Shown: positions 8,933 through 18,091 of the stretch, piece after piece
Layout of the letters: every line of letters starts with the position of its first letter
Position numbering within the stretch: position 1 is the first letter of the stretch
NCBI GenBank assembly: GCA_046726415.1
Contig: JBKPAK010000119.1
Location: forward strand, 1-35,284
Direction of reading: 5' to 3'
DNA: 35,284 nt
Origin: Candidatus Methylomirabilota bacterium
Lineage (GTDB): Bacteria; Methylomirabilota; Methylomirabilia; Rokubacteriales; CSP1-6
Notes under the pieces: model-generated
Told to the model about the DNA's origin: nothing
The model's input: only the letters and a program-made list of their open reading frames with translations
The model's database searches: none
Position numbers and translations under genes: made by a program

Positions 8933-9662
8933 TGCGCTCGAGGTGAACTACGGGGGCTACCTGGCCCTGTCCGGCGTCTCGCTGTACGTGGATGCCGGCG
9001 AGGTCGTCTGCCTGATGGGCGCCAATGGGTCGGGCAAGAGCTCGCTCCTCAACGCCGTCTCGGGGCTCGTCCTGCCCGCCGAGGGCACGGTGCGCTTCGA
9101 CGGAGAGGACGTGACGCGGATGCCGACCTATCGGCGCCTGGGGCGCGGGCTCGCCCACGTGCCCGAGCGCCGCCGAGTCTTTCCATACATGACGGTCCAG
9201 GAGAACCTGTTGCTGGGCGCTTACCTCCCCGAGCGGCGCGCGGGGCGGGGCACCGCCCTCGAGCGCGTCTTCGCCATGTTTCCCGTGCTGAAAGAACGCC
9301 AAGGTCAGCTCGCCGCCACCTTGTCGGGCGGCGAGCAGCAGATGGTGGCCATCGGGCGCGCGCTCATGAGCCGGCCGCGCTTCGTCATGCTGGACGAGCC
9401 GTTCCTCGGTCTGGCCCCGCGGCTGGTCCTCGAGGTCTCCGACACGATCCAGCGCATCGCCGCGGAGGGCGTCACCGTGCTCTTCACCGAGCAGGCCATC
9501 CAGCAGTCGCTCTCGATCTCGCATCGGGGCTACATTCTCGAGAGCGGGCGCCTGGCCTTGACCGGAACCAGCCGGGAGCTGCTGGCCAACGACCTCCTGC
9601 AGCGCGTCTACATGGGTCTCGATGACGCGGGCGTGCCCGGGATGAATTCCGATGACCTCTGA
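8919..9662 (+). CDS. livF: Branched-chain amino acid ABC transporter ATP-binding protein (LivF-like)
   Basis: GANGSGKS, VPERRRVFP, LSGGEQQMVAIGRALM, MLDEP; start uncertain (CTG 8919 after GGGAGG, or GTG 8943). Confidence 0.9.
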   Translation: MLSIDALEVNYGGYLALSGVSLYVDAGEVVCLMGANGSGKSSLLNAVSGLVLPAEGTVRFDGEDVTRMPTYRRLGRGLAHVPERRRVFPYMTVQENLLLGAYLPERRAGRGTALERVFAMFPVLKERQGQLAATLSGGEQQMVAIGRALMSRPRFVMLDEPFLGLAPRLVLEVSDTIQRIAAEGVTVLFTEQAIQQSLSISHRGYILESGRLALTGTSRELLANDLLQRVYMGLDDAGVPGMNSDDL

Positions 9663-9722
9663 CGATCACGGGCGGCTCGACATGGCCGCCGACGCCGAAG
9701 GCCTCTGAAAGGAGCACCGCGC

Positions 9723-10970
9723 TTGCCCAGGGTCGACATCGCTGTGCCCGACATCCCGCAGCCCCTCGCCAACTACACGCCGGCCGCCCGCGCCGGCCAC
9801 CTGGTCTTCGCCGCCGGCCAGATCGCGAGCGACTTCAAGCATGGCGTCGCCGCGGAGGCCCGGGTAGATCCGGCTTTCCCGTTCTATGGCTCGGCGATCA
9901 AGAAACAGGCGCGCTACGTCCTGGAAAATCTGGCCAGGACCTTCAAGGCGGCCGGGACCTCACTGGAGCACGTGGTGAAGGCTCAGGTGTTCCACACCGA
10001 TCTGATGAACTTCAGCGGCTTCGACGAGGTCTGGAAGGAGTTCTTCCCCACCTCGCCCCCCCGGACCACCATCGGCACCACGGGGCTCCTGGTGAAGGAC
10101 ACGCTGGTGGAGATCGACCTCATCGCCACCATGCCGGACACGGGAGCCCGCATCGTGGTCTCGGACGGACCTCGACCGCTGGCCAACTACTCCGAGGCGG
10201 TCGTGGCCGGTGACCTGGTCTTCGCAGCCGGACAGCTGGCCAGTGACTTCAAGACGGGCGTGCCGCCGGAGGCCCGCGTTGATCCCGCGTTTCCCTTCTA
10301 TGGGTCCGACATCAAGCGCCAGACGCGCTACGTGCTGGAGAATCTGGCCAGGACGTTGCGGGCAGCCGGCACCTCGCTGGAGCACGTGGTGAAGGCGCAG
10401 GTGTTCCACACCGACCTGCGCAACTTCGCCGCCTTCGATGAGGTCTGGAGAGAATTCTTCCCCGCGCCGCCCCCGCGGACCACTGTCGGCACCACTGGGC
10501 TCCTCGTGAAGGGTACCCTGGTGGAGATCGACCTCATCGCGGCTCTGCCCTCGGCCAGACCACTGGCCGTTTCCGTGCTCGACATCCCCAAGCCGCTCGC
10601 CCACTACACTCCGGCCATACGCGTGAACGACCTCGTATTCGCGGCGGGACAGATCGCCAGCGACTACGCGACGGGGGTAGCGCCAGAGGCGCGGGTGAAC
10701 CCCGCGTTTCCCTTCTACGGATCCGACATCAAGCGTCAGACGCGGTATGTCCTGGACAATCTGGCCCGGACCTTCAAGGCGGCCGGCACGTCGCTCGCGC
10801 ACGTGGTGAAGGCGCAGGTATTCCACACCGACCTGGCCAACTTCGACGGCTTCGACGATGTGTGGAGAGAATTCTTCCCGGTTCCGCCCCCGCGGACTAC
10901 GGTGGGCACCACGGGTCTCCTGGTGCCCGGGTGCCTGGTGGAGATCGACCTCGTCGCGACCCTGCCCTAG
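9723..10970 (+). CDS. RidA/YjgF/UK114 family protein with three tandem domains
   Basis: Three near-identical copies of PLA.Y..A...G/N.LVFAAGQ.ASD...Q.RYVL.NL...HVVKAQVFHTDL.NF..FD.VW.EFFP..PPRTT.GTTGLLV...LVEIDL.A; TTG start with SD AAAGGAG. Confidence 0.93.
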   Translation: MPRVDIAVPDIPQPLANYTPAARAGHLVFAAGQIASDFKHGVAAEARVDPAFPFYGSAIKKQARYVLENLARTFKAAGTSLEHVVKAQVFHTDLMNFSGFDEVWKEFFPTSPPRTTIGTTGLLVKDTLVEIDLIATMPDTGARIVVSDGPRPLANYSEAVVAGDLVFAAGQLASDFKTGVPPEARVDPAFPFYGSDIKRQTRYVLENLARTLRAAGTSLEHVVKAQVFHTDLRNFAAFDEVWREFFPAPPPRTTVGTTGLLVKGTLVEIDLIAALPSARPLAVSVLDIPKPLAHYTPAIRVNDLVFAAGQIASDYATGVAPEARVNPAFPFYGSDIKRQTRYVLDNLARTFKAAGTSLAHVVKAQVFHTDLANFDGFDDVWREFFPVPPPRTTVGTTGLLVPGCLVEIDLVATLP

Positions 10971-10990
10971 CGCGGATGATCCTCGATCCG

Positions 10991-11512
10991 CTACGTCAGG
11001 AGCGCGCCCTCGTGAGCGAGGAGCCAGCGCTTGCGCTCGAGTCCGCCGCCGTAGCCCGTCAGCGAGCCGGCCGACCCGATGACCCGGTGGCAGGGCACCA
11101 CGATCCCGACCGGGTTGGCGCCGTTGGCGAGGCCGACCGCCCGCACCGCCGCGGGGCGGCCGATGCGCCGAGCGAGCTCACGGTAAGAGATCGTGTGGCC
11201 GCACGGAATGTCCCGCAGCGCGCGCCACACCACGCGCTGGAAGGGTGTGCCGGTGGTCTCGACGGCCAGGTCGTCGATCGCCGCGAGGTCGCCGGCGAAG
11301 TAGGCCTTGAGGGCCACCACGCCATCCACCGGCTCGCGGGCGGGCTCGAGCGCGTGGCCGTTCGCGCCGTAGTGCACGCGCAAGAAGTGGCGCATCCGGT
11401 CCTCGTGCTCGGTCCAGCCCACCGCGCGTAGACGCCCCGCCCCGTCGACGACAATGGTCAGCTCGCCGATCGGCGTGTCGGTGCGGTCGACCAGGAGGCG
11501 GATCGCTTCCAC
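10991..11512 (-). CDS. ogt: Methylated-DNA--protein-cysteine methyltransferase
   Basis: TPIGEL, GTPFQRVVWRALRDIP.G.TISY, AVRAVG.ANGANP, active site PCHRV, LTGYGGGLERKRWLL.HE; GTG start at 11512. Confidence 0.95.
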   Translation of the reverse strand: MEAIRLLVDRTDTPIGELTIVVDGAGRLRAVGWTEHEDRMRHFLRVHYGANGHALEPAREPVDGVVALKAYFAGDLAAIDDLAVETTGTPFQRVVWRALRDIPCGHTISYRELARRIGRPAAVRAVGLANGANPVGIVVPCHRVIGSAGSLTGYGGGLERKRWLLAHEGALLT

Positions 11513-11640
11513 GCCGCAAGAATGCCACAGACCCAAATTCGTCGCTCGCCGCTGCCGGACATCACCATGGCGAGCTCTCCCGAGGCGCGACCCCCGATCC
11601 TGCGTCGGGTCGGGCCTGCGAGGCCGGGCCGAGGCCCCCG

Positions 11641-11649
11641 TGTTAACGT
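11641..11649 (+). promoter_or_regulatory. Possible extended -10 promoter for the Opp-type operon
   Basis: TGtTAACGT about 38 nt upstream of ATG 11687. Confidence 0.35.
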
Positions 11650-11686
11650 TGGCCCGAACGCACACCCTGTCGCCGAGGAGGTTCCG

Positions 11687-13288
11687 ATGGTCGTCTCCCG
11701 ATATCGCCCCATCCTCGCCGCCGTCATCGCGCTCATCATGGCGGCGGCCATCGGAGCCGGTGCCCAGACACCGCGGCCGGGTGGACAGCTCGTCCACGGG
11801 TCCGTTCAGGAGCCGGATCGGATCTGGGGGCCCGTCACCGGGCTCAGCGTGTCGGGTGAGATCAGCCAGCTCGTGAACGACACCCTGGTGGTCATCAACG
11901 AGCGGCTGGAGTACGTGCCCTCGCTGGCGACTGAACTGCCGACCGTCGAGAACGGCGGGATCTCGCGCGACGGTTTGCGCTACACGTTCAAGCTGCGCAA
12001 GGGCGTGAAGTGGCACGACGGCAAGCCCTTCACGGCCGCGGATGTGGCATTCACGTATCAGACCGTGATGAATCCCGCCGTCGATGTGCGCGGGCGCGCC
12101 GGATGGAACAAGGTCTCCGCCGTGGAGACTCCGGATGAGGGCACCGTGGTGTTTCGCTTCTCCACGGTCGACGCGCCCTTCCTCGACCGCGTGGCCACCC
12201 TGGGCATGCTGCCGCGACACATCCTCGGCGAGGCCGGGGTCGATATCAAGACGCACCGATGGTTCCGGGCGCCGGTCGGCCTCGGCCCCTTCGCGTTCAA
12301 GGAATGGGTGCCGGGCAGCCACATCGTGCTCGTGAAGAACCCGAACTACTGGAAGCCCGGCCGGCCGTACCTGGACCGGATCATCTACAAGGTCGTCCCC
12401 GACGCCAACGCGCTCCTCAACCAGCTCGAGACGGGCGACGTCGACACCCGCGTTCGCCTGCCCAACGAGCAGGTGGACGTCGTCAAGAAGCTGCCGACCC
12501 TGGCCCTCGTTTCGGTTCCGACGGTGACGCCGTGGGTCCTCTGGATGAACCTCACCGTGCCGCCGTTCAGCGACAAGAAAGTGCGCCAGGCGCTCGCCTA
12601 CGGGTTCGACAAGGAGCGCCTCGTCAAGACGATCCTCGGCGGGCACGTGACATCGGCCTGGCAGCTCCTGCCGCCGACGTCGTGGGCGTACCACCCGAAG
12701 ATCCTGCACCAGGGGTTCGATCCGGCGCGAGCCCAGCGCCTGCTGGATGAGGCCGGATGGAGGCCGAGCGCCGACGGGGTGCGAGCGCGGGAGGGCCGGC
12801 GGCTGAGCTTCGAGCTGGCCAACATCGGCGGGGAGCAGGAGCGCGTCCAGGTCCTGTCCTTCATTCAGCAGCAGTGGAAGCAGATCGGGGTGGAGGCGCG
12901 CATCCGCACCGTGGACGTCGGGACCATGTGGGGCAGCATGCTGCCGAAGCGGCAGTTCGAGATGGCGTACTCGTACACCGGCCGCCTGCCCGACCCCGAC
13001 ATGTCGACCCACTACCTCTCGCCCGAGCTGAAGCCCACCACCAACTTCCCGGGGTACTCGAACGCGGAAGTGGACCGGCTGCTCCTGGCCGCGGCGGCCA
13101 CGGTCGATCGGGAGAAGCGCAAGGCGGCCTATCTGAAGGTACAGGAGATCGTGGCCGACGACGTCGTCCACCTCTTCATCTACTGGCTCCACGCCAACAC
13201 CGTCCTCAACAAGCGCGTTCAGGGCTACCGGCCAGCACCGGGCTACAACGAGTTCTGGAACGCCGACGAGTGGTGGGTGACCCAGTAA
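11687..13288 (+). CDS. Peptide/nickel (family 5, OppA/DppA-like) ABC substrate-binding protein
   Basis: SD GAGGAGG; signal peptide; PSLATELPT.ENGGIS.DG..YTFKLRKGVKWHDGKPFTAADVAFT, PVGLGPF, NPNYW, KVRQAL. Confidence 0.93.
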   Translation: MVVSRYRPILAAVIALIMAAAIGAGAQTPRPGGQLVHGSVQEPDRIWGPVTGLSVSGEISQLVNDTLVVINERLEYVPSLATELPTVENGGISRDGLRYTFKLRKGVKWHDGKPFTAADVAFTYQTVMNPAVDVRGRAGWNKVSAVETPDEGTVVFRFSTVDAPFLDRVATLGMLPRHILGEAGVDIKTHRWFRAPVGLGPFAFKEWVPGSHIVLVKNPNYWKPGRPYLDRIIYKVVPDANALLNQLETGDVDTRVRLPNEQVDVVKKLPTLALVSVPTVTPWVLWMNLTVPPFSDKKVRQALAYGFDKERLVKTILGGHVTSAWQLLPPTSWAYHPKILHQGFDPARAQRLLDEAGWRPSADGVRAREGRRLSFELANIGGEQERVQVLSFIQQQWKQIGVEARIRTVDVGTMWGSMLPKRQFEMAYSYTGRLPDPDMSTHYLSPELKPTTNFPGYSNAEVDRLLLAAAATVDREKRKAAYLKVQEIVADDVVHLFIYWLHANTVLNKRVQGYRPAPGYNEFWNADEWWVTQ

Positions 13289-13301
13289 GCGCCCGCACCT
13301 G

Positions 13302-14252
13302 ATGCGGACTTTTCTGGTGCGACGGCTCGGGGCCGTCGTGCCGACCTTGCTCGCCGTCTCCATCGTCGTGTTCCTGCTGCTGCACGCGGCTCCCGGCGGC
13401 CCGATGGCGGTCTACCTCAACAGCCCGAACGCCGATCCCGAGGACCTCCGCCGCATCGAGGAGCGCCTCGGGCTTCACGACCCTTACCCCGTGCAGTACG
13501 CGAAGTGGCTCGGCGCCATACTGATGGGCGACTGGGGAATTTCCTACAAGTACGCGCGCCCGGTCGGGGGCATCGTGGGCGAGCGGGTGCTCAACACCGT
13601 CCAGCTCGTGATGGCCTCGCTCATCGTCGCGGCCATCGTGGCCGTGCCTCTCGGGATCATCGCCGCCACCGCCCGGCCGTCGGTCCAGCGGCTCATCGGC
13701 GCGGTGTCGATGCTCGGCGTCTCGGTCCCCACGTTCTGGCTCGGCATCGTCGTCCTGCTGCTGTTCTCGGTGAAGCTGCGGCTGCTGCCGTCGGGCGGCA
13801 TGGCCACCCTCGGCGCGGACTTTTCGCTGGCCGATCGACTCTGGCACCTCCTGGCGCCGGCCTGCGTACTGGCCACGCTCGAGATCGCCGGCTGGAGCCG
13901 ATACCTGCGCTCGATGCTGCTCGAGGCGCTCCGCCAGGAGTTCGTCCGCACGGCGCGCGCCAAGGGACTCGCCGAGGGCCGCGTGGTGCTGCGCCACGCC
14001 TTTCGGAACGCGCTGCTGCCTCTCATCACGCTTCTCGGGCTCCAGGGTGGACGGCTCGTGGGGGGCGCCATGATCACGGAAACCGTGTTCGCCTGGCCCG
14101 GCATGGGTCGCCTGCTCGTCGATTCGCTCATCGGCCGCGACTATCCCGTGCTCATGGCGTCCTTCATGCTGATGGCCGTCCTGGTACTCGTCGGGAATCT
14201 TCTGGCCGATCTGACGTACGGCCTGGCCGATCCCCGGATCCGACTCGAGTGA
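13302..14252 (+). CDS. Peptide ABC transporter permease (OppB-like)
   Basis: APGGP, QY.KWL...L.GDWG.S, SVPTFWLG, FVRTARAKGL, HAFRNALLP, TETVFAWPGMG, DYP, DPRIR. Confidence 0.93.
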   Translation: MRTFLVRRLGAVVPTLLAVSIVVFLLLHAAPGGPMAVYLNSPNADPEDLRRIEERLGLHDPYPVQYAKWLGAILMGDWGISYKYARPVGGIVGERVLNTVQLVMASLIVAAIVAVPLGIIAATARPSVQRLIGAVSMLGVSVPTFWLGIVVLLLFSVKLRLLPSGGMATLGADFSLADRLWHLLAPACVLATLEIAGWSRYLRSMLLEALRQEFVRTARAKGLAEGRVVLRHAFRNALLPLITLLGLQGGRLVGGAMITETVFAWPGMGRLLVDSLIGRDYPVLMASFMLMAVLVLVGNLLADLTYGLADPRIRLE

Positions 14253-15211
14253 GAGGCGAATCAATCGGGGAGCCTGTCGCCGAGGCGCGGCGCCGCACGC
14301 CGCTCCTGAACGGTGACGCCACCGTCACCGTGCCCGTCGGCCCCGGGCGGCGAGTCCCGAGCGGCCGCGCGGGGGGCCGCCTGCTCGCTCGCATCGGTCG
14401 CGATCCCCTCGCCGCGGTCAGCGCCGGTTACCTCGTGCTGGTTGCGCTGGTGGCGCTGCTCGCTCCCGTGATCGCACCGATTGATCCCCACGCTATCGTC
14501 GATCGACCCCTCCGGTCGCCGGGCGAGGCGGCGCTGCTCGGCACCGATGACGTGGGCCGCGATCTCCTGAGCCGGCTCGTCCATGCATCGCGGATCTCGC
14601 TCGCCGTGGGCGTCGGCGCGGCGCTCCTCACCGCCACCATCGGCACGTGCATCGGGGGGCTCGCCGGCTACTACGGGGGGCGACTCGACGTGGTGCTGAG
14701 CGGGCTGGTCAACGTGATGCTGTCAATCCCCACCTTGCCCCTGGCCCTGGTGATCAGCGCCTTCGTGGAGATCCGACTGTCGTTGCTGGTCCTCATCATC
14801 GGCGGCGTGTCGTGGACGGGCACCGCGCGCATCGTGCGAGCGGAGGTTCTTTCGCTGCGCGAGCGCGAGTTCGTGGTGGCCGCGCGGGCCCTCGGCGCCC
14901 GCGATGGCCGGCTGATCCTCCGTCACGCGCTCGTCAACGCGGCGCCGCCGATCATCGTGGCGGCCACCCTCCAGGTGGCCACCGCCATCCTCGCCGAGTC
15001 CGCCCTGAGCTACCTCGGCTATGGCATCCAGCCACCGGAGGCCTCGTGGGGAAACATGCTGCAGAACGCCCAGCGCTATCTGCGCATCGCGCCCGCGCTG
15101 GCCGTGTATCCCGGCCTGCTCATCTCGCTCACGGTCGTGAGCATCAACTTCGTCGGTGACGCCCTGCGCGACGCGCTCGATCCGGCGCGGCGGGGCGCGC
15201 CCAACTGGTGA
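14249..15211 (+). CDS. Peptide ABC transporter permease (OppC-like)
   Basis: GTGA overlap with the upstream stop; LLGTDDVGRDLLSR, RISL.VG, REREFV.AARALGA, ESALSYLG.GIQPP.ASWG, NFVGDALRDALDP. Confidence 0.9.
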   Translation: MRGESIGEPVAEARRRTPLLNGDATVTVPVGPGRRVPSGRAGGRLLARIGRDPLAAVSAGYLVLVALVALLAPVIAPIDPHAIVDRPLRSPGEAALLGTDDVGRDLLSRLVHASRISLAVGVGAALLTATIGTCIGGLAGYYGGRLDVVLSGLVNVMLSIPTLPLALVISAFVEIRLSLLVLIIGGVSWTGTARIVRAEVLSLREREFVVAARALGARDGRLILRHALVNAAPPIIVAATLQVATAILAESALSYLGYGIQPPEASWGNMLQNAQRYLRIAPALAVYPGLLISLTVVSINFVGDALRDALDPARRGAPNW

Positions 15212-15219
15212 GGAGAACC

Positions 15220-16797
15220 ATGCTCGACGCCCTCAGCTCCGCCCATGCCCTCGAGCGCGCCCGGCCCCCGATCGCCGTGCTGCCCATCGGCTCCATAGAG
15301 CAGCACAGCTATCATCTCCCGCTCGGCACCGACTGGATCGCCGCGACGGCGCTTGCCCACCGCGTCGCGGCCGAGCTCGGCGCGTATCTGCTGCCCGCGT
15401 TGCCGGTGAGTATGGGCCGGTGTCACAAGCCGATGGCCGGCACGGTGTGGCTGCGCCCGATGACGCTCGCCGATGCCGTCAGCGACGTCGTGCGCTCGGT
15501 GGCCAGGAGCGGCATCCGGAGCGTCGTCCTCATCAACGGCCACGGCGGCAACTTCACCCTGGAGGTCGCCGTCCGCGAGCTGAACGCGGAGCCGGGCGCG
15601 CCGATCGTCCTGCTTCCCCCCATGAGTCTGCGCGCCGGTAGCCAGCCCATCTTCGAGACGGCCGGGCGCGAGGTCCATGCGGGCGAGTCGGAGACGTCGG
15701 TGTTTCTGGCGATCGCGCCCGAGCTCGTGGGCGACGAGCGGGTCGACCATATCCCGACCGTCGGCCGGGAGTTCCTGGACTACGCGCTGATCGGGCAGAT
15801 CAGTCCGTCCGGTGTGTGGGGGAAGCCGAGCCTCGCCTCGGTCGAGAAAGGCCGGCGTGCTCTCGACCTGCGCGTGCGCGCGGTGGTGGCCTGGGTGCGC
15901 GAGACGCTCGAGTCGGTCGCTCGGCTCCGCGATAGGCCCGTTCCCGCCTCGACGCCTCCGGCCGGGTCGGGGGACGCCGCCGCCCCGAGCTGGCTCGGAT
16001 GGGGCCCATGGGACGGCGGCGCGAGGGGCGGTCTGGACTATCGAGCGACGACGTTCCAGGTCGAGTCGGCGCGTCCCCACACGGCGATCCTGCCCCTGGC
16101 GGCCATCGAAACGCATGGCCCGCATCTCCCCGTTGGCTGCGATCTGCTCGTGGTGGAGGCTCTCGCGCGCAGGGCGGCCGACCTCCTCGGGCCGGGAGTG
16201 TACCGACTGCCGACCATCCCGTTCGGCAACTCGACCCACGCGCGGGGCATGCCCGGCACCGCTGACCTGACGCCTGATGTGCTCCGCCGGGTCATCCAGG
16301 ACGTCGCGGTGGCGCTCCACGAGACGGGCATCGATCGGGTGGCCGTGATCGCCGGACCGGGGCTCGCCTCGGGCAACACCGTCGTCCCCTTCGGCAACTT
16401 CATCGTGAAGGCGGCGGTGCGGCAGCTCAATCACGAGCATCCCGGACTGGATGCGATCTGGGTGCAGCCGCTCGCCGCGGCCGCTCGGGTCCTCGGTGGC
16501 GTGTTCGAGTCTGCGGCCGACGACGTGCACGCGGGCGAGGTCGAGACGTCGCTCATGCTCGCGCTCTGCCCCGCCGCGGTGAAAGAGGGTGCAGCCGATC
16601 ACGTCCCGCAGGCGAGGCCTGACATCCTCGACCTCGTGCCGCTTGCCGCGATCGCGCCCGCCGGCGTGTGGGGGCGTCCGAGTCTGGCCACGCCGTCCAA
16701 AGGTGAGGCTGCCCTGACCGCGGCCGCCCAGGCCACCGCGGACTACATTCGAGGCACACTGGCCAATCTCGCCGAGATGAAGAAGAGCGGTCGCTGA
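15220..16797 (+). CDS. Creatininase/creatinine amidohydrolase family protein with two tandem domains
   Basis: Domain 1: LPIGSIEQHSYHLPLGTD, NGHGGN, HAGESETS, GVWG; domain 2: LPLAAIETHGPHLPVGCD, HAGEVETS, GVWG; SD AGGAG before ATG 15220. Confidence 0.9.
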   Translation: MLDALSSAHALERARPPIAVLPIGSIEQHSYHLPLGTDWIAATALAHRVAAELGAYLLPALPVSMGRCHKPMAGTVWLRPMTLADAVSDVVRSVARSGIRSVVLINGHGGNFTLEVAVRELNAEPGAPIVLLPPMSLRAGSQPIFETAGREVHAGESETSVFLAIAPELVGDERVDHIPTVGREFLDYALIGQISPSGVWGKPSLASVEKGRRALDLRVRAVVAWVRETLESVARLRDRPVPASTPPAGSGDAAAPSWLGWGPWDGGARGGLDYRATTFQVESARPHTAILPLAAIETHGPHLPVGCDLLVVEALARRAADLLGPGVYRLPTIPFGNSTHARGMPGTADLTPDVLRRVIQDVAVALHETGIDRVAVIAGPGLASGNTVVPFGNFIVKAAVRQLNHEHPGLDAIWVQPLAAAARVLGGVFESAADDVHAGEVETSLMLALCPAAVKEGAADHVPQARPDILDLVPLAAIAPAGVWGRPSLATPSKGEAALTAAAQATADYIRGTLANLAEMKKSGR

Positions 16798-16816
16798 AGG
16801 CCGCGCCGCCCTTCCT

Positions 16817-17104
16817 TCAGCTCGGCGAGGGCGCGCTGGTCGATCTCCCGCCCGCGTCTGGGCCCGGCGCCTCCCGATCTGCGTGCCTCACGTGCGCGGC
16901 CATTCCCGGCACCGACATGGTCAGGTGCAGGTACCCGCCCAGCTGATTGATGCGGTACATATCGCGAGCCAGGAAGGCCGCGCGCTCTGTGTCGCTGAGG
17001 TCCAGGCCGGCCAGCGCCGCTTCGGGATTCTGATTGAAGCGCTCGCGGAAGGCGCGGTCCTTCTTGAGGCGATACAGGACGCTGTTGATCTCGTAGCGGC
17101 TCAT
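16817..17104 (-). CDS. Small LigA-like subunit of an extradiol ring-cleavage dioxygenase
   Basis: MSRYEINSVLYRLKKDRAFRERFNQNPEAALAGLDLSDTERAAFLARD...LGG; ATGA overlap with the LigB-like gene. Confidence 0.75.
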   Translation of the reverse strand: MSRYEINSVLYRLKKDRAFRERFNQNPEAALAGLDLSDTERAAFLARDMYRINQLGGYLHLTMSVPGMAAHVRHADREAPGPDAGGRSTSAPSPS

Positions 17105-17946
17105 GCCAGCCTCCACTCGACGGCGGCCAGGTTGATCCGCGGAAGCTCGCCGAAGTAGCGCACGTCCGCGCGGGCCGGGGTGACCGCCCCGAGCAACACC
17201 ATCCAGTTGAGGAACTCGTGCTCGCCGGTCTTGTGGAGCTCGCTCACCGTCAGGCTCCGGAGCGGCTCGTGCTCGCCCTGCTCCATCCAGTGCACGAGCT
17301 TGCGATCGAAGACGGTGTCGGTCTCGCCCACTCGCCCCAACAGCAGCTCCGGGAAATGGGAGAGACCGCCGGTGGCGATGATGCCGACGTTCCAGGATGA
17401 CTTCGCGACCACCCGGGCCAGGTGCTGCCCGAGGGCGAAACAGCGCGCCGGGGTGGGCTGAGGAGCGATGAAACAGTTGATCCAGATGGGCACCAGCGGT
17501 GTCACTGGCGCCGTGCCGTGCATCGTCATGACCGGGCTGAGAAACGCGTGGTCGATGGGCGCCTCCCACGAGAGGGCCAGATCGAAGCCCGCGTCGAGCC
17601 CATCCTCGAGGAGGCGGTTTGCCAGCTCCTCGTGCAGGGCGTACTGCTCCGGCATCCCCTCCAGCGCCCGGTCGAACGCCTCGGCCTCCTCCTGGATCAT
17701 CCGGTTGACCGAGCGCCCGATGCGCACGCACATGGCGGGCACCGCGTTGAAGGAGAACGCGTTGAGATGATCGTCGGCGACGACGATCAGCGCGTCCGGG
17801 CGCCGGGCCAGGAAGCGCGCCCCCATGGCACGGATGGCGGCCATGCACGCCTCGACCTTGCGCCGGCCTGTGTCGCCGCAGGCGTTCTGGTAGTACTCCG
17901 GGTCCAGCACGTGCGACATCGCGCCGGCGAAGACGATCCTTCCCAT
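17101..17946 (-). CDS. LigB-like (class III) extradiol ring-cleavage dioxygenase, catalytic subunit
   Basis: MGRIVFAGAMSH, RPDALIVVADDH, IDHA, IIATGGLSHF, FDR, GEHEFLNW; SD AGGAGGAG. Confidence 0.88.
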   Translation of the reverse strand: MGRIVFAGAMSHVLDPEYYQNACGDTGRRKVEACMAAIRAMGARFLARRPDALIVVADDHLNAFSFNAVPAMCVRIGRSVNRMIQEEAEAFDRALEGMPEQYALHEELANRLLEDGLDAGFDLALSWEAPIDHAFLSPVMTMHGTAPVTPLVPIWINCFIAPQPTPARCFALGQHLARVVAKSSWNVGIIATGGLSHFPELLLGRVGETDTVFDRKLVHWMEQGEHEPLRSLTVSELHKTGEHEFLNWMVLLGAVTPARADVRYFGELPRINLAAVEWRLA

Positions 17947-18091
17947 CGAACTCCTCCTGTTTGCGGTGGGCGCCGGCCCGGACGCTGGCACCTCCCGATC
18001 GGGTCTGGCGCCACCCGGGGCACACGACCGACGGGAGCTGCGATCGTTCAGGTCGCGGCATCCGCTGTGGACGAGCCCGCCCGGCGCGAGG

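Noticed and set aside
10991..13363. 790-aa minus-strand ORF suggesting a large Ogt fusion
   Set aside because: Only the last ~173 aa are Ogt; the rest is the antisense shadow of the binding-protein gene in high-GC DNA
13505..14248. Long N-terminal extension of the OppC-like ORF
   Set aside because: Overlaps the OppB-like gene in another frame; the GTGA overlap at 14249 is the more plausible start
15220..16797. Mycofactocin (MftE) or other RiPP cluster
   Set aside because: No precursor peptide, radical SAM enzyme or RRE gene nearby
16793..16821. Bidirectional terminator between convergent genes (gctgaagg/ccttcagc)
   Set aside because: Long loop and no U-tract; too weak to call
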